From: Phycisphaerae bacterium
GTDB taxonomy: Bacteria > Planctomycetota > Phycisphaerae > UBA1845
Reading direction: 5' to 3'
NCBI GenBank assembly: GCA_963666835.2
Contig: CAXXGO010000001.1
Coordinates: 1,280,001-1,344,000, forward strand
Length of the DNA stretch: 64,000 nt
Shown: piece after piece, positions 10,814 through 20,463 of the stretch
How the letters are laid out: each line of letters opens with the position of its first letter
Position numbering within the stretch: position 1 is the first letter of the stretch
Translations under genes and position numbers: made by a program
Notes under the pieces: generated by a model
What the model saw: only the letters and a program-made list of their open reading frames with translations
Database searches by the model: none
Told to the model about the DNA's origin: nothing

Positions 10814-11267
10814 CGAGAACCGCCGCTGTTGTCGAAAGACCTCTGACCTCCGCGGGGATTGTATCGCCGATCCCGGCCGAGTGGATATTACAATCTCCGG
10901 CGAAGCCTGTAACCGGCGTGGGGGGCCGGCGGAACCGGCAACCTCGACGGCAGAGGGTTGACGCGCAGAGGCACCGGTTCCGAGCCCGGCCCGATTCACC
11001 AGTGCCGGTCAGGGTACTGGCTTATTCGAGAGGCAAGTCCAGAATATTGCGATCGTAGCGTGCCCATTTAGACTCCCGCGTGGAAATGCGGCAACGGACT
11101 CCCAGTCGACCCGTCTGTTGTTGTCGTGGGGCGTCGAAATACGTACATCGATCGTTGATATTGGTGCTCAGGTATCGAATCAACCGTTATGATGAAAGCG
11201 GCTATCGGCACGCGGCCGGTCCGGGATCGGATAGGCTGCGGCCGAGAGGCTGATTCGTGTCACTCGA

Positions 11268-12080
11268 TTGCTGCAGGGGACCTTCGCGGTGTCGGAGCTG
11301 GTCAAGCCAAAACGGGCGGCTGTCCGATTATCGGACATTCCGCTGACGCTTTTTGCCCCGAGGCGGGTGTTCGCACGGGTTGAGGACGTTGCGGGCTATG
11401 GGTGGCCTCTGGCTCTTCTGCTGGTCACGGTGACTATGGTCGGATTCGCGACTGTCGAGACGGGTCTCATTGACCGGGAGGTCGACCGAGCAGTCCAGCG
11501 GAGTATTGCCGATATCGAGCGGGAACAGTTCGACATCGTCGAGCGGTCGGCGCTTAGCCAGATGATCGAAGAGAAGCGGAAGGAGGGCGAGTTCCTTCGC
11601 TTGATGGCGCGGGTGCGGGTAGTGGCTGCTCGACCGATAGCTACGCTGGCAACGGTGTTGCTGCTGGCGGCCTTCTTCTATGGTCTGGTGGCGCTCACTG
11701 GGCGGAAGCCGGAATGGCACACGCTGCTGACGGTCTTTGTTCTGGCGAGCTTCGTTAGCGCACTCGGGCTTGTGGTGAGGCTGGGGCTGATGCTCTGGTA
11801 CCGGACGCTGGAGGTCGATACGTCCCTGGCGTTGCTGAGTCGATCGTTCGTTCCGCAAGAGGCTGCCAATAGGATGTCGCTTGCGGTGTCCTCCGGGTTG
11901 TTGTCGGCGGTGGACCCGTTTCGGATGTGGTTCTGGTTTGTGATAGTGGTGGGGCTGACCGCGACCTCACAGCTTCGAGGGTGGAAGGTCTGGACCGTGT
12001 GTACTCTGTTGTGGCTGTCCGCGGCGGGCGTGCGGACAGCGCTGGCGTGCGGAATGGCGGCCGGGAGTGTTCCGGCATAG
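11268..12080 (+). CDS. YIP1-family membrane protein
   Basis: P-x-x-VF motif, about 5 TM helices, first gene of an ABC exporter operon. Confidence 0.75.
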   Translation: MLQGTFAVSELVKPKRAAVRLSDIPLTLFAPRRVFARVEDVAGYGWPLALLLVTVTMVGFATVETGLIDREVDRAVQRSIADIEREQFDIVERSALSQMIEEKRKEGEFLRLMARVRVVAARPIATLATVLLLAAFFYGLVALTGRKPEWHTLLTVFVLASFVSALGLVVRLGLMLWYRTLEVDTSLALLSRSFVPQEAANRMSLAVSSGLLSAVDPFRMWFWFVIVVGLTATSQLRGWKVWTVCTLLWLSAAGVRTALACGMAAGSVPA

Positions 12081-12132
12081 GCGGAGCGGAGTTTTCCAGG
12101 GAGACGCCGGCTGGTATCGGCGGGATGCGACC

Positions 12133-13503
12133 ATGAAGACGCTTCTGGGGATTATTCTGTTGGGCGGGATGATCGTAGCGCTGTTTGCGCTCAACGGTTA
12201 CACTCGTCGAGAAGACGGCAAAAGCGTGCTGAACGTGGCGGAGGAGGTTCCGGTTACGGTTGAACTGGCCGAGCCTCAACAGCGCAGCATCGTTCGTACG
12301 GTTCAGGCTCCCGGTGACGTGGAGGCTTACTCGGAAGTCGACATAAGCGCCGAGGTCGTAGCGAAGATCCTGGAAATGCCGATCGGGTCGGGTTCGGTGG
12401 TGAAGGCCGGCGACCTTTTGTGCCGCCTCGATGACGCTGACTACCGGGCCCGAATCGCTTCCTCTGAGGCTAACGTTGCGAAGTTGAAGGCCATTATTGT
12501 CCAGGCCGAGGCGGATTTGGAGAAGGCCGACCGCGACTTCAAGCGACAGGTCAGGCTCTCCGAGGCCTCGGCTACGTCTTCGATCGAGCTGGCCGACTAC
12601 CACACCATGCTGATCCGCGCCCGGGCGGCGGTCGAGGTCCGCCGGCAGGAGCTCATCGAGGCGGAGGCGTTTCTGCAGTCCGCCCGGGAGGATCTGAGCA
12701 AGACGGTAATCACGTCACCGATGGACGGAGTGGTCTCGCAGCTCTTCGCTAAACAGGGTGAAGTTGTAGTGACCGGGACGATGAACAACCCCGGAACGCG
12801 CATCATGGTGATCAGCGATCTATCGCGCATGCAGGTTCGCTGTCGCGTTGACGAAACGGACGCGGCGCTGGTGATGGACGACCAGCCCGCGCGGATTTAT
12901 CTGCAGTCGAGTATCGAGAAGGCGGTGCCGGGTCACGTGGCGGCGGTGGCGACGAAGGGCACCAAGCCTCAGGGGCGCGATGTCGTAACGTTTGAGACGT
13001 TGGTTCTTGTGGATTCCGACGATGTGCGCGTCAAACCGGGGATGACCGCGAATGTCGAGATCGAAGTCGCGCGGAGTGACGAGGCCTTGACGGTGCCTGT
13101 TCAAGCCGTTGTCCACCGCAAACGTCGAGATCTGCCGGAGGAGCTTGTGGCCCGGTACGACGAGGCAAAAGCGGAGCGCGCCGTCGCGAATGTGCCGCGG
13201 GTTGCCGAGTATCTGAAAGTGGTCTATTGCGTGGAAGATGAAGTGGCCCGTCCCCAACTCGTCGAGACCGGAATCAGTGATCCGACCAGCGTGGAGATTC
13301 TAAGCGGGCTTGCCCTCGACGACCGGGTCGTGATCGGTCCCTTCCGCAGTCTGGACCAACTCAAGAAGGAATCCCCCATCTCGCTGGAGGATGCGAAGAA
13401 GAAGGAAGGCGAGGATTCGGAGCAAGAGAGTGATGAGGCGGATACACCGCGGGAAGACGCTCCCGATGTCGAGGAGGCCACCGCGCGGGCGGAGGAGGGG
13501 TGA
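12133..13503 (+). CDS. MacA-like periplasmic adaptor subunit
   Basis: Lipoyl/hairpin motifs, ITSPMDGVV, KPGMTANVEI. Confidence 0.9.
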   Translation: MKTLLGIILLGGMIVALFALNGYTRREDGKSVLNVAEEVPVTVELAEPQQRSIVRTVQAPGDVEAYSEVDISAEVVAKILEMPIGSGSVVKAGDLLCRLDDADYRARIASSEANVAKLKAIIVQAEADLEKADRDFKRQVRLSEASATSSIELADYHTMLIRARAAVEVRRQELIEAEAFLQSAREDLSKTVITSPMDGVVSQLFAKQGEVVVTGTMNNPGTRIMVISDLSRMQVRCRVDETDAALVMDDQPARIYLQSSIEKAVPGHVAAVATKGTKPQGRDVVTFETLVLVDSDDVRVKPGMTANVEIEVARSDEALTVPVQAVVHRKRRDLPEELVARYDEAKAERAVANVPRVAEYLKVVYCVEDEVARPQLVETGISDPTSVEILSGLALDDRVVIGPFRSLDQLKKESPISLEDAKKKEGEDSEQESDEADTPREDAPDVEEATARAEEG

Positions 13504-14276
13504 TGGTCTCCAGCACGCAGTCAAGTAATCCGCCGCCGGTCATCGAGCTGATCGATGTCCACAAGATCTACCGGGTCGGTACGGAACTCGTGCATGCGCT
13601 GCGGGGGGTCTCGCTCACCATCAGAGAGAACGAGTACCTTGCCATCATGGGGGCCTCGGGGTCGGGTAAGAGCACGATGATGAACATCCTGGGGTGTCTC
13701 GACGTTCTGACCGAGGGTGAGTACCGCCTCCGGGAGCAGAATGTGGCGAGGCTCTCTCAGTCGAAGCTGGCTCGGATTCGCAGCCGGCAGATCGGGTTCG
13801 TCTTTCAGTCGTTCGAGCTGCTCCCACGGATGACGGCGTTGAAGAACGTCGAGCTACCCCTGGTATACAGCCGAACGCCGCGGCGCCGGCAGCGGGCGAT
13901 TGAAGCGCTCGAGCGCGTCAACCTGCTCGATCGGGCCCATCATCGCCCGAACCAGTTGTCCGGTGGGCAGAAGCAACGGGTGGCGGTGGCTCGGGCACTT
14001 GCCCAACAGCCCGACCTCATCCTGGCAGATGAACCGACCGGAAACCTGGACAGCGCTACCGGCCGGGAGATCATGGAGGTTTTCGACAGGCTTCACGCGG
14101 AGGGGCAGACGGTCATTATTGTCACTCACGAAGACCACATCGCCGAGCATTGCCGGCGCGTCGTTCGGTTGATGGACGGGCAGGTCGTGCTGGATACGAC
14201 CGACCATAGGACATCCACTCCGGCGGCCGTGCTCCCGGCGCAAGCGGTGACCGGCAAGGAGAGCATTGCCCCATGA
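13503..14276 (+). CDS. ABC transporter ATPase (MacB/LolD type)
   Basis: [24 protein letters not shown]. Confidence 0.95.
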   Translation: MVSSTQSSNPPPVIELIDVHKIYRVGTELVHALRGVSLTIRENEYLAIMGASGSGKSTMMNILGCLDVLTEGEYRLREQNVARLSQSKLARIRSRQIGFVFQSFELLPRMTALKNVELPLVYSRTPRRRQRAIEALERVNLLDRAHHRPNQLSGGQKQRVAVARALAQQPDLILADEPTGNLDSATGREIMEVFDRLHAEGQTVIIVTHEDHIAEHCRRVVRLMDGQVVLDTTDHRTSTPAAVLPAQAVTGKESIAP

Positions 14277-15541
14277 AGGCTCTCCGGATCATCCGTAACG
14301 TCTTGTTCTTCGTTCCAAACCAGTTCTTTTCGCTGGCACAGAATGTGGCGACGGCTTTGATCCAGGTGTGGGCCAACAAGGTCCGTTCCCTGCTGACCGT
14401 GCTGGGGATTATCATCGCAGTTACTTCGATCATCAGCGTGGTGTCCTTCGTTCAGGGCTTCGGTGATTACTTCACGAACTTCCTCAGAGGTCTGGGCACG
14501 AACCTGGTGGTCGTCTACCCGGAGTGGGTTCGCGGTCCGCGGGGGGAGTATCTCAAACGTGCGGAGATGAGCATCGAGGACATCAGGGCGGTGGACAATT
14601 TCGCCGAGGGCATTCGGCGGACGACCCCTGCCATCTACACTCGAGCCTCGATCGAGTACGGGCGGCAGCGGATCGACGGGGTCAACGTTCGTTGCACAAG
14701 CGAGCTGTTCCAACCGATTCGGAACTTCTATGCGGATCGGGGACGGTTCTTCAGTGCGGTTGATGTCGAGAACGCGGCGCAAGTTTGCGTACTAGGGCGC
14801 GAGATCCTGCGGAAGCTCGAGTGCGACGAGACGGTGGTCGGCGACTATGTACACATCGATGGCCAGCGTTTCAAGGTTGTCGGATTGCTTGAGGCCAAGG
14901 GGAGTTTCATGGGGGACAACCAGGATGAGCTGGCGGTCATTCCATGGACGACCGGGCTGAAGATGTACCCGCGCTCGCGCGACTACCTGGCGTTCTACGT
15001 GGAAGCCGCCGGCGAAGAACAGATCCCGGAGGCCGAGGGGCAGCTCGTTCGCATTCTGCGGCAAAGGCATGGGCTCAAGCCGGGCCAGCCCAACGACTTC
15101 GGCATCTTTAAACAGGATCAGATCCTCCAGGAGTTCAACCGCGTCAAGGTCATTGCCACCAGTGTGCTGGCGGGGATCGTGAGTATCTCCCTGTTGGTCG
15201 GCGGTATCGGCATCATGAACGTCATGTTGGTGGCAGTTACCGAACGAACTCGGGAGATTGGTTTGCGCAAGAGTGTCGGGGCGCGACGACGGGACATCCT
15301 CATGCAGTTCCTGACCGAAGCCGTCGTCTTGAGCACCGTCGGAGGAGTGATTGGCATTGCTCTGGGCTACGGGGTCGGCGGGATCGCCTCCCTCCATCCA
15401 CGCATGGTCGAAGTACACGTGCCGATGTGGTCGGTCGCCCTCGCTTTGGGGTTCAGCGCCGGAGTCGGCATCTTCTTCGGCATCGTCCCGGCGTTCAAGG
15501 CGGCTATCGTGCACCCGATAGACGCTCTCCGGCACGAGTAA
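14273..15541 (+). CDS. MacB/FtsX-type ABC permease
   Basis: GGIGIMNVML..VTERTREIG, PIDALRHE. Confidence 0.95.
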   Translation: MKALRIIRNVLFFVPNQFFSLAQNVATALIQVWANKVRSLLTVLGIIIAVTSIISVVSFVQGFGDYFTNFLRGLGTNLVVVYPEWVRGPRGEYLKRAEMSIEDIRAVDNFAEGIRRTTPAIYTRASIEYGRQRIDGVNVRCTSELFQPIRNFYADRGRFFSAVDVENAAQVCVLGREILRKLECDETVVGDYVHIDGQRFKVVGLLEAKGSFMGDNQDELAVIPWTTGLKMYPRSRDYLAFYVEAAGEEQIPEAEGQLVRILRQRHGLKPGQPNDFGIFKQDQILQEFNRVKVIATSVLAGIVSISLLVGGIGIMNVMLVAVTERTREIGLRKSVGARRRDILMQFLTEAVVLSTVGGVIGIALGYGVGGIASLHPRMVEVHVPMWSVALALGFSAGVGIFFGIVPAFKAAIVHPIDALRHE

Positions 15542-15704
15542 GCACCGAAAGTCGTTTCATCCGTGCCATGCTTCCCTGCTTCTGCCAAGGTCTAGCGCCC
15601 CCTGCGCGGGCGGGCCAAGCCTGTCTTTGTTTCGGTAGTTTAATTGTGGTATCATCTCTGATGAAACTTATCTGCTGCGTGAATGTCAAGGAGAGGAAGG
15701 CTTC

Positions 15705-18700
15705 GTGCGCGTTCACTGGCTCATCGCGAGCACTTTGCTCTTTGTGTTGCTTCAGCCCTTCGGCGGAGGTGTTGCCCGAGGTGTGGAGTACCCAGTGAAC
15801 GGCTTCGATCGCCTGCACGGGGTTGTGGTGCGGGCGTTCCATCAGGATTCCCTCGGCTATCTCTGGCTGGCTACGGATAGTGGGGTGTGGCGGTGGTGCG
15901 GGGGACGCTTCCAGCGCCTCCAGGAGAGTATTCCGACTCCCGCTCCGGTCAACTGCCTTCTAGAGGATGCCCATCAGACTCTGTGGATCGGAACGGATGA
16001 CGGGCTGGTCGGCGTTGACGTGCTGACCTTGCAGGTGCGGCCATACTCTCCCCTGTTGCCGGGTGTGCGGATCTACAGCGCTTATCGGGATGCTGAAGGC
16101 CAGGCGTGGATCGGGGCCATGTCGGGCCTCCATCGGTTGATGCACCGCAGCGATACCGATGCGGCTTTGTTGGTTGAGGGCTCCCGGACCCACCAGATTC
16201 TCGCCATGGCTCCCGGTTTGGATGGTGAGCTATGGGCGGGAACCCATCGATCGCTTCTTAGGGTGACCGGTGAGCAGGTGGTTGCCGGTTTTGAGGACCT
16301 GCTTTGTGGGGGACACATTCGGGGGCTGCTGCGGTCGAGTGACGGGGCGTTATGGGTGGGCGTGCGAACGCCGGGCGGTCTCTATCGGTTGCACGACGGG
16401 GAGGTAACCGGATTCGGTGAGGAGGAAGGTCTTCTCAATAACGAAGTCAATTGCATTGTCGAGCATCCCGACGGGGATATCTGGGTCGCCACGGAGGACG
16501 GGGCGTTTCGCTGGCGCAACGGGCGCTTCACGGCGTTGGATCGAACGAACGGCTTGCCAACCGGGGACATCCACGCCCTATACGTCGATCGCGAGGAACA
16601 CTTGTGGATTGGTACGTACGGGTCCGGGGCGTTCCGGCTGAGGTCGCCGGATATTGTTGCATATTCAATGGCCGACGGCCTGGCCCATCCGATGGTGACG
16701 GCGTTGGCGCGAGCAGGCGACAATCGGTTGGTTGTCGGAACGGTGCACGGAGCCGCGCTGTTTGATCTTGGGCTGTCCGGCGAGACTCGGCTCTTGGCGC
16801 AGGGGAACATCCGCGCCGTGTATGTCGATCACGCCGGGGAAATGTGGATTGCCGCAGACTCCGGGGTGATGCGTGCCCGTGACGGCATGCAGGTTGCGCC
16901 GGCATATCCTACCTGCTTGGGTGAGGATGCTACGGGAGGCTTGCTGATCGGGTACGACCGTCGGTTGTTTCGCTACGTCAATGGCGAGATCGGGCCTGTC
17001 AGAATCCCCGAGGAGATCATCGGACAGGTTCAGGCTATAGAACTCGGTGCCGATGGGGCGGTGTATGTCGGGACGGATCGAGGGCTGGGTCGTTTAGTTG
17101 ACAACGCCTGGGTGGTTCTGTTGGCCGATCGCGATATCCGCGCGGTTTACGCCGAAGGACCGGATGCGCTGTGGTTAGGGACGTTGAACGGACTTGTCTA
17201 CTGGAGTAGTTCCGGAGTTCGAGATGTTGTTGGTGACGGTGAGCACGGTCACCAGGTGCGCGACATAATCCGGGACGGGCAGGGGGCGATCTGGGCGGCA
17301 ACGGACCGCGGGGTGCTCCGGGTCAACGGTGACCAGGTGGAGCGGTTCTCGTACGCCCACGGGCTGCCGAGCGGTGACGTTTCCGGTTTGGCCACGGCGG
17401 CGGACGGGTGTCTATTCGCCGGTACGACGCAGGGCTTGGCCCGGATTGATGTTCAGCGGTTGAGACCCTGTGCTACGCGCCCGCTCTGCGTGGTGGGGAG
17501 CTTCTCTGCGGGGGGGCGGCGGTACTATCCCGGGCGGATCGTCTCGGAATTGCCGTTTAATCAGCGCGACGTGTCCTTTGAGCTCGAGGATCTGGGGTGG
17601 CGGTACGCCAGCGGATCACAGTACCAGTACCAACTGATCGGGCATGACAAGGGCTGGTCGGAGTGGATGCCGCGCGACGTTCGCAGCTACGTCGGCCTTC
17701 AGCCCGGACAGTACACCTTCCTGGCAAAAGTGCGTAATGAACGTGGGATTGAGGGGCGAACCCGGCCGCTCTCATTCGTTATCTTGCCTCCGTTCTGGCG
17801 GACCGCGTGGTTCGTCGGCTTGGCGCTTCTGACGCTTTTGATCGTGGTTGCCGCGTCGATGCGGGCTTACGTCAGGCGCTGTCAGTTGCGCCGGGAGGCT
17901 GAAGCGGCGACCCGGGCCAAGAGCGAGTTCGTCTCGTGTATGAGCCACGAGATCCGTACGCCCCTGGCCGTGATCCTCGGTTGTGCAGAGACCCTGGCAG
18001 ACCCGCGCCTTTCGCGCCGCCATCGAGCGGAACGCGTCGACACCATTATCCGGAACGGGCGCCACTTGCTCGAGGTGGTTAATCGGGTCATGGACCTTTC
18101 CAAGCTGAGCCGTGGAGGCTCTCGGCCGGAGTCCCTGCCGTTTGCCCTACGGAGTCTGCTGGATGATGTCCGCACCATTGCAGTGCATAGGGTGGCAGAC
18201 AAGCCGGTTGCCGTGGAACTTGATGTCGACGACCGGGTGCCCGAGTTCATAGTCAGCGATCCTACGAGACTCCAGCAGATTCTGGTCAACTTGATGGATA
18301 ACGCCGTCAAGTTCACTTCCGATGGGTTTGTGCGTTTGGGGGTCTCGCAGACCGGGGGAATCCGCGACGAGTGCCTGACACTTCGATTCATGGTCATAGA
18401 CACCGGGCTCGGCATTGCGCCGGAGCAGCGTGAGGCGGTTTTCGATGCCTTTCGACAGGCCGATTCGTCGATAACGCGCCGATACGGGGGGACCGGGCTG
18501 GGGTTGACCATTGCGCGGTCGCTGGCAGTATCGATGGGTGGGGAATTGCACCTCGTTAGCGAAACCGGTTGGGGTACGACGCTCACTCTCGATCTCCCCA
18601 CGCGAATTGCCCGAGAGGACGACGTTCTCTGTCGACTGGGCGAACAGGGTGAAAAGGAAGAGGGGACGTTGGCAAAGGTTCGCATTCTCGTTGCCGACGA

Positions 18701-19445
18701 CAGCGTTGATCTTCATCGCGTCCTCGAGGTAATCCTCGAGAATGCGGGGGCGGAGGTGCATGGTGCATCGAATGGCCGGGAAGCAATAGGTCTGGCCGCT
18801 CAGGCAGACTTCGATGTCATCCTGGTCGACATTCACATGCCCGATATGGACGGGTTTGCCGTTGTCCGAGAGCTGCACGAGCGCGGGGTTGATGTGCCCC
18901 TTATTGCGGTAACGGCCGATGCCACGGACGAGACGCGCCTGCGATGTCTGGAGGTGGGTTTCGATGACTTGATCTGCAAGCCGTTCGAAGGCCGGGATCT
19001 GATCTCACGCATTCGAGATCTTTGTCCGACGCGGCCGACGTTCCAGCCGGCGGAACGGTTCGCATCGAAACGGCCGGCTCCGGAGCAGGACGCCCCGCCC
19101 GGGGGAGGCGAAGAGACCGATGATGGCCCGATCTTCTCGTCGCTGGCGGGGCAGGGGGCGAGAATGGCCGAGGTTACGGACGACTTCGTCAGGAAAGTGG
19201 CTGAAGATGTTGCGCTGATGGAGGAGGCGCTGGCCGGTCGAGCTTTTGAGTCGATCGGTGACGTGGCCCATCGCCTGAAGGGTTCCGGGGGAACCACCGG
19301 CTACATGTGCGTGACGGAAGTAGCGGCCCGGATCGAGAAAGCTGCTTTGGCGGAGAAGGCCGCGGTGCTCGAGCAGCATATTCTCGATCTCCGCGTGCTT
19401 CACCGGCGGATGCTGAAGGGCATCGGGCAGCAGGAGGAGGTTTGA
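15705..19445 (+). CDS. hybrid sensor kinase (beta-propeller, Y_Y_Y, HisKA, HATPase, REC, Hpt)
   Basis: LWIGT repeats, MSHEIRTPL, GGTGLGL, DIHMP, AHRLKGS. Confidence 0.92.
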   Translation: MRVHWLIASTLLFVLLQPFGGGVARGVEYPVNGFDRLHGVVVRAFHQDSLGYLWLATDSGVWRWCGGRFQRLQESIPTPAPVNCLLEDAHQTLWIGTDDGLVGVDVLTLQVRPYSPLLPGVRIYSAYRDAEGQAWIGAMSGLHRLMHRSDTDAALLVEGSRTHQILAMAPGLDGELWAGTHRSLLRVTGEQVVAGFEDLLCGGHIRGLLRSSDGALWVGVRTPGGLYRLHDGEVTGFGEEEGLLNNEVNCIVEHPDGDIWVATEDGAFRWRNGRFTALDRTNGLPTGDIHALYVDREEHLWIGTYGSGAFRLRSPDIVAYSMADGLAHPMVTALARAGDNRLVVGTVHGAALFDLGLSGETRLLAQGNIRAVYVDHAGEMWIAADSGVMRARDGMQVAPAYPTCLGEDATGGLLIGYDRRLFRYVNGEIGPVRIPEEIIGQVQAIELGADGAVYVGTDRGLGRLVDNAWVVLLADRDIRAVYAEGPDALWLGTLNGLVYWSSSGVRDVVGDGEHGHQVRDIIRDGQGAIWAATDRGVLRVNGDQVERFSYAHGLPSGDVSGLATAADGCLFAGTTQGLARIDVQRLRPCATRPLCVVGSFSAGGRRYYPGRIVSELPFNQRDVSFELEDLGWRYASGSQYQYQLIGHDKGWSEWMPRDVRSYVGLQPGQYTFLAKVRNERGIEGRTRPLSFVILPPFWRTAWFVGLALLTLLIVVAASMRAYVRRCQLRREAEAATRAKSEFVSCMSHEIRTPLAVILGCAETLADPRLSRRHRAERVDTIIRNGRHLLEVVNRVMDLSKLSRGGSRPESLPFALRSLLDDVRTIAVHRVADKPVAVELDVDDRVPEFIVSDPTRLQQILVNLMDNAVKFTSDGFVRLGVSQTGGIRDECLTLRFMVIDTGLGIAPEQREAVFDAFRQADSSITRRYGGTGLGLTIARSLAVSMGGELHLVSETGWGTTLTLDLPTRIAREDDVLCRLGEQGEKEEGTLAKVRILVADDSVDLHRVLEVILENAGAEVHGASNGREAIGLAAQADFDVILVDIHMPDMDGFAVVRELHERGVDVPLIAVTADATDETRLRCLEVGFDDLICKPFEGRDLISRIRDLCPTRPTFQPAERFASKRPAPEQDAPPGGGEETDDGPIFSSLAGQGARMAEVTDDFVRKVAEDVALMEEALAGRAFESIGDVAHRLKGSGGTTGYMCVTEVAARIEKAALAEKAAVLEQHILDLRVLHRRMLKGIGQQEEV

Positions 19446-19638
19446 CCGCGGCCATCCGGCTCGCTTTCGGGAGTGCCCTATCCTCGGCGGTGTTTCTTAC
19501 CGATACGGCGCTTGAAGGGCTCGCCGGGGCTTGGTAGGGTCACGCCGGTTCTCTGCCGCATGTATTCGGTGGGGGGCGGTGGGTGATCTGATTGTGGCGG
19601 AATGACGGATTCGGTGGCGAACTGGGCGGAGTACGTTA

Positions 19639-20367
19639 ATGGGTGAAAAGAACTCGCAATCCCCGTTGTCTATCAGCGTCTTCTTCCCCTGCTACAACGA
19701 GGAAGCAAACGTCGAGAATACGACCCAAGCCGCCCTGTCTACGTTCAGGCGGGTCAGCGACGACTTCGAGATCATCATCGTCAACGACGGCAGCAAGGAC
19801 CGGACCGGCGAGATTGCCGACCGGTTGGCGTCTGAGCATCCGGAGGTTAGAGCGGTCCACAACAACCCGAACCTCGGCTACGGCGGGGCTTTGCAGCGGG
19901 GGTTTCGGGAAGCGACCAAGACGTGGGTCTTCTACACCGACGGCGATGGGCAATTCGATTTCGAGGAGATCGACAAGCTGTTCCCGTTACTAGATCAGTA
20001 TGACGTAGTGAGTGCCTATCGTCTGAACCGCCAGGACCCCTTCATTCGTAAGGTGAACGCTTTCTGCTGGACCACTCTGGTCAACGCCGTCTTTGGACTG
20101 TGGCTCCGGGATATTGACTGCGCTTTCAAGCTCTTCCCGCGTAAGTTGTTCGACGAAATCGACATGAAGTCGACCGGAGCGCTGATCGACGCCGAGGTTC
20201 TCACCCGGGCCAAGCGGATCGGGTATCGCATAGGCCAGGTGGGTGTCCACCATTACCCGCGCTCGGCCGGGGAGCAAACCGGCGCCGATCTTCGGGTGAT
20301 CGCTCGGGCGTTCAAAGAGCTGTTCAAGCTCCGGCGGGAGATCGTCAGGACCACCCGTCGATCATGA
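19639..20367 (+). CDS. GT2 glycosyltransferase, polyprenol-phosphate hexose synthase-like
   Basis: PCYNEE, NDGSKD, TDGDGQ, DIDCAFKL. Confidence 0.9.
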   Translation: MGEKNSQSPLSISVFFPCYNEEANVENTTQAALSTFRRVSDDFEIIIVNDGSKDRTGEIADRLASEHPEVRAVHNNPNLGYGGALQRGFREATKTWVFYTDGDGQFDFEEIDKLFPLLDQYDVVSAYRLNRQDPFIRKVNAFCWTTLVNAVFGLWLRDIDCAFKLFPRKLFDEIDMKSTGALIDAEVLTRAKRIGYRIGQVGVHHYPRSAGEQTGADLRVIARAFKELFKLRREIVRTTRRS

Positions 20368-20463
20368 GCGTTTCCGCCCCGGTTACAGATCGGGCGGTTC
20401 GCGAAGAGGGAACAGCGGAGCGTCGCCCGGCACGCTCGGAGGGCTACGGGATTCAGTTCTCAA